Source of the DNA: Octopus vulgaris
Lineage: Eukaryota
Direction of reading: 5' to 3'
Assembly (NCBI GenBank): GCA_951406725.2
Contig: OX597833.1
Coordinates: forward strand, 2,356,001-2,420,000
DNA: 64,000 bases
Part shown: piece by piece, positions 42,382 through 54,973 of the stretch
Numbering within the stretch: position 1 is the stretch's first letter
Layout: each line of letters opens with the position of its first letter
Translations under genes and position numbers: made by a program
The notes under the pieces: model-generated
Seen by the model: the letters and a program-made list of their open reading frames with translations, nothing else
Told to the model about the DNA's origin: nothing
The model's database searches: none

Positions 42382-42489
42382 CGTATGTATATATGAATGG
42401 ATGGATGGATGTGTGTGTATGTATGTATGTATATTTGTATGTATGTATGTAAATATGTATGTATGCATGTATGTATGTATGTATGTATG

Positions 42490-42521
<32 letters not shown>

Positions 42522-42972
42522 TGTATGTATGTATGTATGTGTGTATGTATGTATGTATGTATGTATGTATGTATGTGTATGTATATTTGTATGTATGTAT
42601 GTATGCGTGCATGTAAGCATGCATGTATGTATGTATGTATGTATGTATGTGTATGTATGTATGTATGTATGTATGTATGTATGTATGTATGTATGTATGT
42701 TTATTAGTAATAAATATTGCAGACATGAATATTAAACTAGTTTGATACTTTTTGCAGAGAACTGAAAGGAGTAAGTAATATTTTTATTAGCGCCAGACAT
42801 AAATAAAATATGTCGTCAGCTGAAAGTGTTTGACTTGGCTAAAATAGATATCTTACAAGAAAAGCAAACGAGAATGGATATCCGTCAGTTTCGACGATGA
42901 TGTCTATTCAGTTACATGGTCGCCTGAACGATCTGCTTCTTCACTTCTACCGTGTGACACCTTTTTAGTATT

Positions 42973-43515
42973 ATTTTACTTGTTTCAGTAATTTGACTGT
43001 GGCTATGCTGGAGCACCGCCGCCTTTAGTCGAGCAAATCGACCCCAGAGATTATTTTTTGTAAACCTAGTACGGACGCTTTTTGCAGAACCGCTAAGTTT
43101 CGGGGGCGTAAACACACCAGCATCGGTTGTCAATCGATGTTGGGGAGACAAATACATACACACAAACATATATATAACGGGAAGCTTACGAAAATAAACA
43201 AAAGACGAAGGCAGATGGAGTACAAACAAACAATTATATTAGTATGGCGCTCAGGAATAGAAATAAAACAAGTCTTTTACGTTTCGAGCCTACGCTCTTC
43301 GACAGAAAGATACACAGAAAAGAAACAAGGAGAGAAAAAAAAATGCGTACATGTATACGACGGGCTTCTTCCTGTTTCGGTCTACCAAATCCACTCACAA
43401 GGATTTGGTCGGCCCGAAGCAATAGTAGAAGAAACTTGCCCAAGGTGCCACGCAGTCGGACTAAACCCAGGAACATGTAGTTGGGAAGCAAGCTACTTTC
43501 CTCACAGTCACTCAT
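42973..43515 (-). mobile_element. SINE family A with a Penelope-like fragment (43175-43345) nested in its internal microsatellite
   Basis: SINE halves at 42973-43170 and 43353-43515. Confidence 0.8.
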
Positions 43516-43639
43516 ATTCTTTTTTGTTACTTATTTTGTCTTTGGTTAATGTTATTTACTACTCATCTAGAAATCAAAGGAAATCCCTATTATTCCCTTC
43601 AAACGAAGAACAAACCCAACGCGAAGGTCTGGTATATGT

Positions 43640-43930
43640 GAAGTATTAGCAGACGCTCAGGGAGGGAAAGAAAAGTGGCTTAACGTTTCGAGCAAAGCTC
43701 TTCGTCAGAAAGAGGAGACAGAGAAAAGTCCAAGAAAAAAGGAAGACGGAAGAAAAAAAATCGCCAACGATCCACATATGGTTATGCATATGTATGTATA
43801 TATATAAGGTGTATGGAAAACAAAGAACAATTGTATTAGTATGCGCTCAGGAAATATATAAAACAAGTCTACGTATACGCTCTTCAACAGAAAGATACAC
43901 AGAGAAAAACACAGAAAGAAGGAGAAAAAA
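43640..43930 (-). mobile_element. Penelope-like pLTR-type fragments with a canonical minimal hammerhead core
   Basis: Reverse complement of 43680-43712 reads cttt CTGACGA A GAGC ttt GCTC GAAA CG TT aag. Confidence 0.6.
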
Positions 43931-44693
43931 GTGCAGGTAAATCATAGGGTCAAGTAAACAGAGACGCGAGAGCGAATAAGGGAGTAATAGGTTGACCAGC
44001 TATGCGTGGGAGGGTGGATGTGTATGTATAGGTTGGTGTATGTATTAGTATGTATATGGTGTGTGTGTGTATGAGAGAGTATTAGTGCGTAAGATTGGTC
44101 TGGACGTGCGTATGTATATATATATATATATATATAGATATGTATGTATCTATCCATGTCTATCTGTATGCATGTATGCATATGTCTATGTATGTATGTA
44201 TATAAATATTTGTCTATGTATGTAGATAGGTAGGTATGCATGTATGTATGCATGTGTATGTATGGATGGATGGATGGATGGATGCGTGTGTATGTATGTA
44301 TGTATGTGTGTGTATGTATGTATGTATGTTTGTATGTGTATATGTTTGTATGTATGTATGTATGTATGTGTGCATGTAAGTATGTATGTATATATATATA
44401 TATACATAGGCTTCCGTACAGTTTCTTCTCAAAGGATTCCCTCTCAAGGCATCGGTCGGTCAGGGGCTCTTATAGAAAATACCTTGCTCAAAGTGCCGCG
44501 CAGTAGGACTGAGCACCAAACCACGTGATTGCAAACGATCCTTTTAACCAAGCAGCCCCCAACATTACTCACTTTTTCTTTTCGTTTTTAAGCTTTTTAT
44601 TGTTGCCCTTATCCCCATTTTGCCCTTTATGTCCCTTTTCGTGTTTGTATCTTACTCTTAACTTTTCCCCTGTTTTTTTCTTTGTCTTTGCAG

Positions 44694-44815
44694 AGATGAA
44701 TTAGCGATTGATTGGGAGAAGTTCGATCTCTCGTCACATGATCACGAGACACGTTATCTAGATTATGATGATGACTTGGTTGTGAAGATAGTGTCCGCCA
44801 CTGCCAGACTTTCAG
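44694..44815 (+). CDS. soluble guanylate cyclase beta-like subunit, H-NOX domain exon (phase 2 to phase 1)
   Basis: Long pyrimidine tract plus ttgcag acceptor, and CAG|gtaaa donor. Encodes DELAIDWEKFDLSSHDHETRYLDYDDDLVVKIVSATARLS, aligning with sGC beta1 KEAQLD...IIYDDSKTYDLVAAASKVL. Splices in frame to the next exon. Confidence 0.85.
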
Positions 44816-45157
44816 GTAAAAACAACCCGGCCCCTTTTTCATCCACAAAACTCAAACATTTGCTGCTGTTCATGTTGCAGTTAATGCTTTTCACGATGTT
44901 GTACATGTTGTTGTTGTTATAATTTTTGCTGTTGTCGTTCTTGCCATTGTTGTTGCTGATAGTGTTTTTGTTGTTTTTGTTGTTGTGGTGGTGGTGGTGG
45001 TGGTGGTGTTTGTGGTAGTAATAATAGTTGCAGACCTTGTGGGTTGTTGTTATTTTGTTGTTGATGTCGTTGTTGTTATTGTTGGTGATGCTGATGTTAA
45101 TGATGACGATTGTGATGATGATCATAATCATGATCATGAGGATTATGATGATGATGG

Positions 45158-45189
<32 letters not shown>

Positions 45190-45231
45190 CTGATGATGAT
45201 GATAGTGATGGTGATGATGCTGATGATGGTG

Positions 45232-45291
<60 letters not shown>

Positions 45292-45324
45292 GTGATGGTG
45301 ATAGTGATGATGATAGTAAATTCT

Positions 45325-45471
45325 CCCGACTCTTTACGTTCTGAGTTCAAATTCCACCAAGGTCGACTTTGCATTTCATCCTTTCAGGGTTGATAAATTA
45401 AGTACCAGGCACGTACTGGGGTCGATGTCAGGCCTTGTGCTTAGAGTAGAAAGGGTTATTATTATTATTAT

Positions 45472-45515
<44 letters not shown>

Positions 45516-45900
45516 TCATAATCATTGTCATCATCGTTATTAAGGCGGCGAGCTGGCAGAGACGTTAGCACGCCGGGAAAAATACTTAGCGGTGTTTCGT
45601 CTGCTGCTACGTTCTGAGTTCAAATTCTGTCGAAGTCTACTTTGCCTTTCATCCTTTCGGGGTTGATAAAATAAGTGCCAGTATAACACTGGGGGTCGAT
45701 GTAATCGACTCATCCCCCTCTCCCCCATATGGCCCATAGTAGAAAGGCTCATCATTATTATCCTTAAAATAGCGAACTGGCAGAACCGTTATCGTCTCGG
45801 CCTAACTGGTCAGCCGAATTTTTTCTGACGCTCTACGTTCCGAGTTCAATTTCTGCTGAAATCTACCATTTGCTCACTGGGGGTTGGGAAGGGCATGTAA
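45325..45900 (+). mobile_element. cluster of three SINE family B copies or fragments
   Basis: Core motifs at about 45340, 45543-45750 and 45770-45900. Confidence 0.8.
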
Positions 45901-46132
45901 CACACACACATATACATACACATGCACACACTGTCATTCACTCAAACGTGTTCGCACCATTGCACACACATACACACATGCTCACGCCCACAGGCGCACT
46001 CTCTGCACATGTGCGTGCACATGCGCTCTCTCTCTCCCTCTCTCCCCTTTCTCTCTCTCTCTCCCTCTTTCTGTCTCTCTCTCTCCTCTTTCTCTCTCTC
46101 TCACCCTCTCTCTCTCTCTTTCTCTCTCTCCC

Positions 46133-46710
46133 TCTCTCCCCTCAAAACTACAATCCCTGTGTCAAAACTAAAAATCAAATATCTATTCTGCTCTAACCTT
46201 TTTTTTCTTTCTTTTGACGTTTTACGTTCCGAGTTCAATTTCAGACGAAATCTTCCAATTGCTGACTGGGGGTTGGGAGGGGCATGTAACCGACTTCTCT
46301 CTCCCCTCAAAACTGCAATCCTTGAGCCAAAACTAAAAATCAAATATCTATTATGCACTAACCTTTTTTTTTTTCTTTTGACGTTTTACGTTCCGAGTTC
46401 AATTTCAGCCGAAATCTTCCAATTGCTGACTGGGGGTTGGGAGGGGCATGTAACCGACTTCTCTCTCCCCTCAAAACTGCAAGCTTTGTGGCAAAACTAA
46501 AAATCAAATATCTATTATGCTCTAACCTTTTTTTTCTTTCTTTTGACGTTTTACGTTCCGAGTTCAATTTCAGCCGAAATCTTCCAATTGCTGACTGGGG
46601 GGTTGGGAGGGGCATGTAACCGACTTCTCTCTCCCCTCAAAACTGCAAGCTTTGTGGCAAAACTAAAAATCAAATATCTATTATGCTCTAACCTTTTTTT
46701 TTTTTTTCTT
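46133..46710 (+). repeat. SINE-derived tandem repeat, period 164-165 bp, about 3.5 units
   Basis: gacgttttacgttccgag at 46216, 46380 and 46545; units nearly identical. Confidence 0.95.
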
Positions 46711-46726
46711 GTGGACATATTTCCAG

Positions 46727-46916
46727 GTTGTTGGACTTTCAACGAGTTAATGCATAAACTCGGAATGGAATATTTCAAGATTTGTGTCCACGAATATAAC
46801 AGATCGTTGCGGTCAGTTGGCAGCAACCTTTTGGAGTTCTATAGCAATATAGATGGTTTACATGACCATATTTGGAATTCTACAAAGTTTGGTTCCAGAG
46901 TACCTCCATCTTTCAG
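46727..46916 (+). CDS. soluble guanylate cyclase beta-like subunit, H-NOX domain exon (phase 1 to phase 2)
   Basis: ctaac branch point, poly-T and ttccag acceptor; AG|gttcgt donor. Encodes (G)CWTFNELMHKLGMEYFKICVHEYNRSLRSVGSNLLEFYSNIDGLHDHIWNSTKFGSRVPPSF(R), compared with beta1 [26 protein letters not shown]...PSFR. Confidence 0.93.
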
Positions 46917-48005
46917 GTTCGTACCATGACCACCTCTTAAAATTTCTTTTTTGTCTTCTTTGTTCTTGCCATCGTTGATATTATGGTTGTTAATGTCGTT
47001 GCTGTTCCCAGTTTAATTGCCTTTTTGCTACTGCTGCTGCTGCTGCTGCTGCTGCTGTTGTTGTTGTTGTTGTTAAGCAACAAGACGGGTGAGGGTGATT
47101 AGGTGATGGTCTGGGGCTTAGAGGCGGGAGACCCCAGACCTTGGGGAAAAAAAAAAACTTTGGTGGTCTTGTTGTAGTCGAGGGCTCTTCGTTGACGCCC
47201 GGCACCACTGGGAGGTGGTCCTCGAAGTCGCTGGAAATGGAGATCTCCAGGGACAAATTCCTGGACTGCTGCTGCTGCTATTGATATTGTTGTTGTTGTT
47301 GTTGTTGTTGTTGATTTATTGCTTGGGATCCGGGATCCGGGATCCAACTTTGGTCCAAAGTCTTACAGACTGAAAAAGATCAATTTTAAAAACAAAAATT
47401 ACGAGTTAAACGGCATTAGGCTCCTATTTCTAGCATATAGAATAACCACAAAACAAGATTTCTCAACAATTCGACCCATCTCGATTTTGTTCTTGCATTT
47501 TTAAAAATTTGTGGTTATTCATCGACCCTGAAATGTTGACTACCAAAGCTGATCTCAACGGGATTTGAACTCAGAACACTGAAAGCCAGAACAGTTACCG
47601 CAAATCAGTCTTCCGACGCTCTAGTAACTCTGCTAGTTAGACGCTACATATTGATAAACAGTACCAGTAATACACTGGACCATTTACTATCTACAGTCAC
47701 TCACATAATAAAAGGCCTTTCTTTCTTTTAACCTTTATTCTTTTACATAATTCAGTTACCGCGACCATGCTGGGGCACCATCCTGAAGAGTACAGGTGAA
47801 AAAATCAAACCCCAGTACTATGTTATTTTTAAAGCATGCTACTTACTCTGTTGTTCTCTTTTGTCGAACCGCTAAGTTACGAGAGCGTTAGCAAAACAAC
47901 TCCGTTTGTCAAGCAGAGTGAGGAAAACAAACAAACAAAAAAAGCGTGCGCATTCACACAGAAATACGCCCCCCCACGCACACACACATCTGTTATTACA
48001 TTTTA

Positions 48006-48064
<59 letters not shown>

Positions 48065-48235
48065 GTATACATATATAAATGACTGTGTATATATATATAT
48101 ATATATATACACATACATACATATATGTATGTGTGTGTATACATATATACACAGTCATTTATATCCACAGTCATTTATATCACACACACAAATTTTTATA
48201 GTGAACATATATATATATAACGATTAAATATTATA

Positions 48236-48374
48236 TAGAAGAAAGTTTTTTAAAGAATATTTCACATACTTGGTAGGGTACCCACCAGAACTCACACTCG
48301 AACACAAGTGCAAAAAGAGTCAGAAAGCCCTTAAATTAACACTATATAGAATATTCTTTAAAAACTTTCTTCTA
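48236..48374. mobile_element. MITE-like element with ~25-bp terminal inverted repeats
   Basis: tagaagaaagttttttaaagaatatt ... aatattctttaaaaactttcttcta; begins and ends in TA. Confidence 0.5.
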
Positions 48375-48416
48375 ATTTTCTATATACAGTTGAAAGTCAA
48401 ATATATACATATATAT

Positions 48417-48453
<37 letters not shown>

Positions 48454-48574
48454 CATATATGTATATATATATATACACATACATATATGTATGTGTGTTT
48501 ATGTATGCATATATATATATATAAATATGTATATATACATATATACACAGTCATATATATGCACACAAACACTG

Positions 48575-48621
<47 letters not shown>

Positions 48622-48663
48622 CAGATCTATGGAACACTTTGTGTTCGTTTGTTCTCACCTATA

Positions 48664-48755
<92 letters not shown>

Positions 48756-49019
48756 ATAATACATGTGTAAAGTGAATATAAGGATAAGTACATGCATGAG
48801 CACGAGACCTGAGAGTGTGACTGTGCCTGTGTATGCAGGTAGAACGAGATGAGGGAGAGCTGGAGTAGGCTGGGGGTGGGGGTGGGGGTTGAGTTTCCCG
48901 CCCTTAATCCGTTGACAACAATCTCTGAACAGTTGAGACTGCGCATAACTAAGCTGATTTTGGACTCATTCATCTGTACAGGAGGCGCCTCACCTCTGGT
49001 ACCTTGCATGTGTGTCTGT

Positions 49020-49502
49020 GTGTCACACACACACACACAAGCACACACACATGCACACACACACACACACACACACATACACACACATACACGCACACAC
49101 ACATGCACACACACATATATACATACACATGCTAACACATACACACACACATATATACACACACACATACACACACATACACACATATACATACACATGC
49201 ACACACATACACACACATATACATACACATGCACACACATACACACACACATATACATACACATGCACAAACATATATATACATACACATGCACATACAT
49301 ATATACACACACACACACACACACATACACACACACACACGCACATACACATGCACACACACACACACATACACACACATACACACACATACACACACAT
49401 ATATATACATACACATGCTAACACATACACACACATATATACACACACACATACACACACATACACACACATATACATACACATGCACACACATACACAC
49501 AC

Positions 49503-49548
<46 letters not shown>

Positions 49549-50226
49549 ACACATACACACACATATATATATACACATGCACACACATACACACACACAT
49601 ACATACACACACACATACACACACATACACACACATATATATACATACACATGCTAACGCATACACACACACATATATACACACACACATACACACACAT
49701 ACACACACATATATATATACACATGCACACACATACACACACACATATATACACACACATACACACACACATACACACACATACACACATATATACATAC
49801 ACATATATATATACACATGCACACACATACACACACACATATATACACACACATACACACACATATATATACACACACATGCACACACATACACACACAC
49901 ATATATACACACACACACACACAAACACACACACATATACATACACATGCACACACTGTCATTCACTCAAACGTGTTCGCACCATCGCACACACATACAC
50001 ACATGCTCACGCCCACAGGCGCACTCTGCACATGTGCGTGCACATGCGCTCTCATTCCCTCTCTTTTCTTTCTTTCTCTCTCTCCCTCTTTCTGTCTCTC
50101 TCTCACCCTCTCTCTCTCTCCCTCTCTCCCTCTCTCTCTCTCTCTTTCTGCTCTCTTTCTGTCTCTCCCTTTCTCCCTCTCTCTTTCTGTCTCTCCCTCT
50201 CTCCCCTTCCTTTCTCTCCCTCTGTC

Positions 50227-50257
<31 letters not shown>

Positions 50258-50520
50258 TTCGCTCTCTCCATCTCTCCCCTTTCTATCTCTCTCTCATACT
50301 GTCTTTCTCTTTCTCTCTCTCCCTCTTTCTGCCTGTCTCTCTCTCTCTCTTTCTGTCTGTCTCTCTCTCTCTCTCTTTCTGTCTCTCCCTCTTCCCTCTT
50401 TCTCCCTCTCTCTTTCTGTCTCTACCTCTCTCCCCTTTCTTTCTCTCCCTCTTTCTCTCCCTGTCTCTCTCTCACCCTCTCTCTCTCTCTCTCTCTCTTT
50501 CTTTCTCTCTCTCTCACTCT
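49020..50520. repeat. degenerate (CA/TA)n array followed by a (CT)n array
   Basis: Directly visible; source of the 517-aa pseudo-ORF. Confidence 0.96.
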
Positions 50521-50879
50521 CTTACTTTCGTTTTGTTAACTGTCGCTTTTTTATTTTTCTGCTAACTTCATATTCCTTTCTCATCTTCCTTCTCCTTGGC
50601 AACCTCTCAATCAGATCCACTCCATCTTTCTCTTTCCTTCTCACTTTATCCCCCCCTCTCTCTCTCTCGTGCTGTGTGTATGTGCGCGTGGTAATACTTT
50701 TACTGTGTCTGTTTTGTGCCTCAGGCTGTGAGTCTCCATAAATGCTTACAAGCAGGCAAATGAGATGTGATTATTACAACAAAATTGTATGATGTATACG
50801 CACACACATATGTCTGTATGTATGTATATATATATATATATAAATACATATATATGTGTATGTATACATATATGTATGC

Positions 50880-50925
<46 letters not shown>

Positions 50926-51155
50926 ACTTAAAGTAAGGCACACATAGTATATCCATATATATATTATATATGTATACAACGATGCATAGATATGTAGGCT
51001 TATAAAAGTGCATATATACATATGTCTGTATGTTACACACACACGCATGCGCTAAAATTTTCCTTAAAACTGTGTCAGACTTAATTTGCAGCTGATACCG
51101 CGTGTGTGTATATTATGTTTTATGTGTGTGTGTACGCACACACGCAAACATATAT

Positions 51156-51241
<86 letters not shown>

Positions 51242-51287
51242 GTATGTATATACATATATATTATATATATATATATATATATGTATG

Positions 51288-51348
<61 letters not shown>

Positions 51349-51360
51349 TATATCACCCAC

Positions 51361-51700
51361 ATCATCAAGGTATTATCGACCTATGTGACATGAGTTGTAA
51401 CCGGGGCACTCTATAAGGAAATCCGTCGGAAGGATAACCCCGAGGAGAAATAAATAAAATTCTAAAATATGGTAGAAGATATAGCCACTCATAATAAAAG
51501 GAATACTGGTGGAATATACCAGTGAAGACCTCAATAAAATGTAAGCACAACAGACCTGATGTGATAATTTGGGATAGAGAAGAGAAACTGTGCATATTTG
51601 TGGAAATAAGCTGCCTTGCAGATGTTAACATACAGCTGAAGATCAGAGAATACCTATCCTGAACTATTGAAAAATCTGCCGTTACTCTATCCAGATTACA
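51361..51700 (+). mobile_element. R4/Dong-like family B fragment
   Basis: EYWWNIPVKTSIKCKHNRPDVIIWDREEKLCIFVEISCLADVN; homologous to 33690-34410. Confidence 0.88.
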
Positions 51701-51906
51701 GGGTCATATATAGATCCGTCATAAAACAATAGATTGCAGTCGCCATACTTCACTCCCTAACTGCCAGCTCTGAAGAGCGCAGGGTTACATAATCGTACTG
51801 TTACTTAACGCTCCGTTGAACACCTAGTGCGAAACTGATAGGTAATATTGGCCGTAATGGATATATAATACTGTACATTTTGATTAATAGATAGATATAT
51901 ATATAT

Positions 51907-51987
<81 letters not shown>

Positions 51988-52129
51988 GTTACGACGAGCG
52001 TCCTTTAGTTTACTTCAACGAAATCCACTCTCGGGGTTATTGTAGAAGTCATTTGTCCAAGGTAGCGCGAATTGACATTGAACACAGGGCAGTGTGGTTG
52101 AGAAGGAAACGCTTTATCACACAGCCAGG

Positions 52130-52650
52130 ATATGTGTGTGTGTTTGTGTGTGCGTGCGTGTGATTGTGTGTGCGTGCGTGTGTTTGTATGTGTGTTCGTG
52201 AGTGTGTGTGTGTGTGTGTGTTAGTGAGTTTGTGTGTGTGTGTTAGTGAGTGTTTGTGTGTGTGTTAGTGTGTGTGTACTAGTGAGTATGTGTGTGTGTG
52301 TATGTGTGTGTGTGTTGTGTTTGTGCGTGCGTGTGTTTGTATGTGTGTTCGTGAGTGTGTATGTGCGTTAGTGAGTGTTTGTGTGTGTGTTAGTGAGTGT
52401 GTGTGTGTGTGTACTAGTGAGTGTGTGTGTGTGTTAGTGAGTGTTTGTGTGCGTTAGTGAGTGTTTGTGTATGTGTTCGTGAGTGTGTGTGTGCGTTAGT
52501 GAGTGTTTGTGTGTGTGTTAGTGAGTGTGTGTGTGTGTACTAGTGAGTGTGTGTGTGTTAGTGAGTGTTTGTGTGTGTGTTAGTGAGTGTTTGTGTGTGT
52601 GTTAGTGAGTGTCTGTGTGTGTGTTAGTGTGTGTGTGTGTGTGTGTGTGC
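52130..52650. repeat. (GT)n array punctuated by tagtga
   Basis: Directly visible. Confidence 0.93.
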
Positions 52651-53382
52651 ATTATCGCTAGTTGATCGTTTATATATACGATTTCTTAGTGCGGTTAGAA
52701 AGCTGCAGATGTTTGAGAAAAAGTGTTAATCGATTTAATCTGCACCAGCAATCTTTAGTATTTACTTTATCGATCTGTGAGGGCCTAAACAGCAATGTAG
52801 TCCGCGGCAGAACTTACAACCGGTTCACAAAGAAACGTAATTTAATACACAAAGTATTTGTCTGAAGAGTTTTTTTAATTAACCATAAAATCTGTTGGGA
52901 AAGAAGATCGTTAGTTACAGTTGATTAAACACTGATGATCTGACATCACAGACTGGACACTGAACCTTTTCCGTCGACAGTACTTTTTAGCACTGGAGGC
53001 AAACACACACACGCACTCACTCACGCGGATAGATGGAATCTAAGTGACTGAGAGAGAGAGACTACCCATACATAAAAATATAACTAGATGCTCACACATA
53101 AACAGAGAGAGAGAGAGAGAAGCAGAGAGATATGGCGTAGTATGAGAGGAACATGCAAACGTCTAATGTCAAAGAATTCAGCGTCAAATGAGCGGCGCAA
53201 AAATGCAGTGCCCAAACGTCTCAAGCGTTATAAATTGACACTTCCCTTTTCTTTCTCTACCCTCTCTCGTTCTTTCTCTCTCTCTCTCTCTTTCTCTCTC
53301 TATCTCTCTCTCTCTCTCTGCTTCACTTTCTCCTCACCTTTTCCTGCATCACTTTTCAGTATCCTTCCCCATCTTCACTACC

Positions 53383-53610
53383 TATTTCTTTACTACCCAC
53401 AAGGGGCCAAACACAGAGGGCACAAACAAGGACAGACATAGGTATTAAGTCGATTATATCGACCCCAGTGCGTAACTGGTACTTAATTTATCGACCCCGA
53501 AAGGATGAAAGGCAAAGTCGACCTCGGCGGAATTTGAACTCACAACGTAACGGCAGACGAAATACGGCTACGCATTTCGCCCAGCGTGCTAACGATTCTG
53601 CCAGCTCGCC
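53383..53610 (-). mobile_element. SINE family B, full length, TSD (cc)ccatcttcactacc
   Basis: TSD copies at 53367-53382 and 53609-53624. Confidence 0.92.
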
Positions 53611-54479
53611 CCATCTTCACTACCGCCCAAGGTCTCCCTCTCTTCCGCCATTCCAAGACTTTTGGACTTCCTTTTTATTTACCCAAAGAATTACCGCTTG
53701 GAATCCATCGATTCGGAATCGAGCTCCGTCTCTGCTTGCAGAAGCATGTTCTTGCCGGCGTCCTTGTCTGCAAATGAATATATACGCGTGTTTGGTTGTC
53801 TTTCTGTTAACACCGCCGCCGACGCCGCCGTGGTACCGAGCTGTACTTCTTACGGTTCCCTTTATAATGAGTTCAATTCCTACTGAGGTTCCCTTTACAC
53901 TCTTCCCTTTCGACGTTGATAAAAAAGTAGCAGTGAGTGGGCATGGCAGGATTGTCAGAGATGGGTGTGGCTGGAGGTCACACAAAACAAAGGAAGCTTG
54001 CCGTATTTCTTCCGATGAATCGCACGTAACTCAGTCGTTCCTTACCTCCCACCGTAGGGGACGATGTTCGATAAATAAAGTAGCAGTCGCAGAATGAGGG
54101 AATACCAGAATTGGTAGACTACCTGACTGGTTACCTTCTGGTATTTATTCCCATCCTTGCATCCTGAATTCTTGAATCGTAGACATAGTTTGTATTAGGC
54201 ATAACACCATCATCTCTTGGCTTTTTGAGTACACTTAGCAAAGTTCACTATGCTACACATTTACAACCAGCTTTCTGTAAAGCACCATCGGTCCCAGCAT
54301 TTTGGTTGCCTATTACGGAGCTCATTCTGGCCCGAATGCTCCCGATCCGAATGCGCTCCACAGGTTTACTGGTCAGTAGCTTACAGTTGTTCACAACTTT
54401 ACTTCTGCTCTCTTATGACAGCCCATCAAAGGTGATGACAGCATCGATCCGGGACATCGCTCCTCCTCCGCATCCAGCG

Positions 54480-54940
54480 GATTGTTTCCCATGGGAGCAG
54501 ATGTCACCGACAAGACAGGGCACTGAGCATGACCCCCTCTCAAACAAAAAGCTACCGCGGTGGGTTTGTGACGTCATCTCCTGCTTTCTTCGTGCAGTCT
54601 CCTACGTTGCGTTTCAAAGCGCTCTACCCCAGCGTCACATACGGATCTCCATGCCTTCCGATTAACAACAGGTCACTGCCTAACTACAAGCCACTAGTTT
54701 GCTGTTATTCCTACTTTAGTGAATCTACTAAATGTCCCAGGTCACTAGTTTAACATCACCTTCTACCATCTTGGAGATATTTTACAGAGTTCATTCTGCT
54801 AAGAGATTCAGGTCAGGTGTCTTGAATAAACACCATTGATCCATGGCATTAAGAATAACTTTGTTACAATCACTCGGACCAAATCTCTAAATATACGCCA
54901 TCAGCCCTTAGCATCCTGACTCAAAAAAACATCGGTAAGA
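54480..54940 (-). mobile_element. RTE/BovB-like LINE 3' relic
   Basis: Minus-strand NRKAWRSVCDAGVERFETQRRRLHEESRR*RH resembles the RTE-BovB C-terminal DRxxWRxxxxxGxxxFExxR motif; boundaries approximate. Confidence 0.55.
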
Positions 54941-54973
54941 ACAATAATGGGGCAAGTAGAAGAATGAATTCCA

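Noticed and set aside
42758-42770. 13-nt micro-exon (tttttgcag ... gtaagt)
   Set aside because: It does not restore frame between 40815 and 44694, and such matches arise by chance.
47099-47347. Minus-strand RQRRALD resembling a TGF-beta furin cleavage site
   Set aside because: No cystine-knot cysteines follow, there is no clear exon structure and the flanks are low complexity.
54225-54665. 146-aa + strand ORF
   Set aside because: It overlaps an antisense RTE-like relic and has no recognisable protein features or splice signals.
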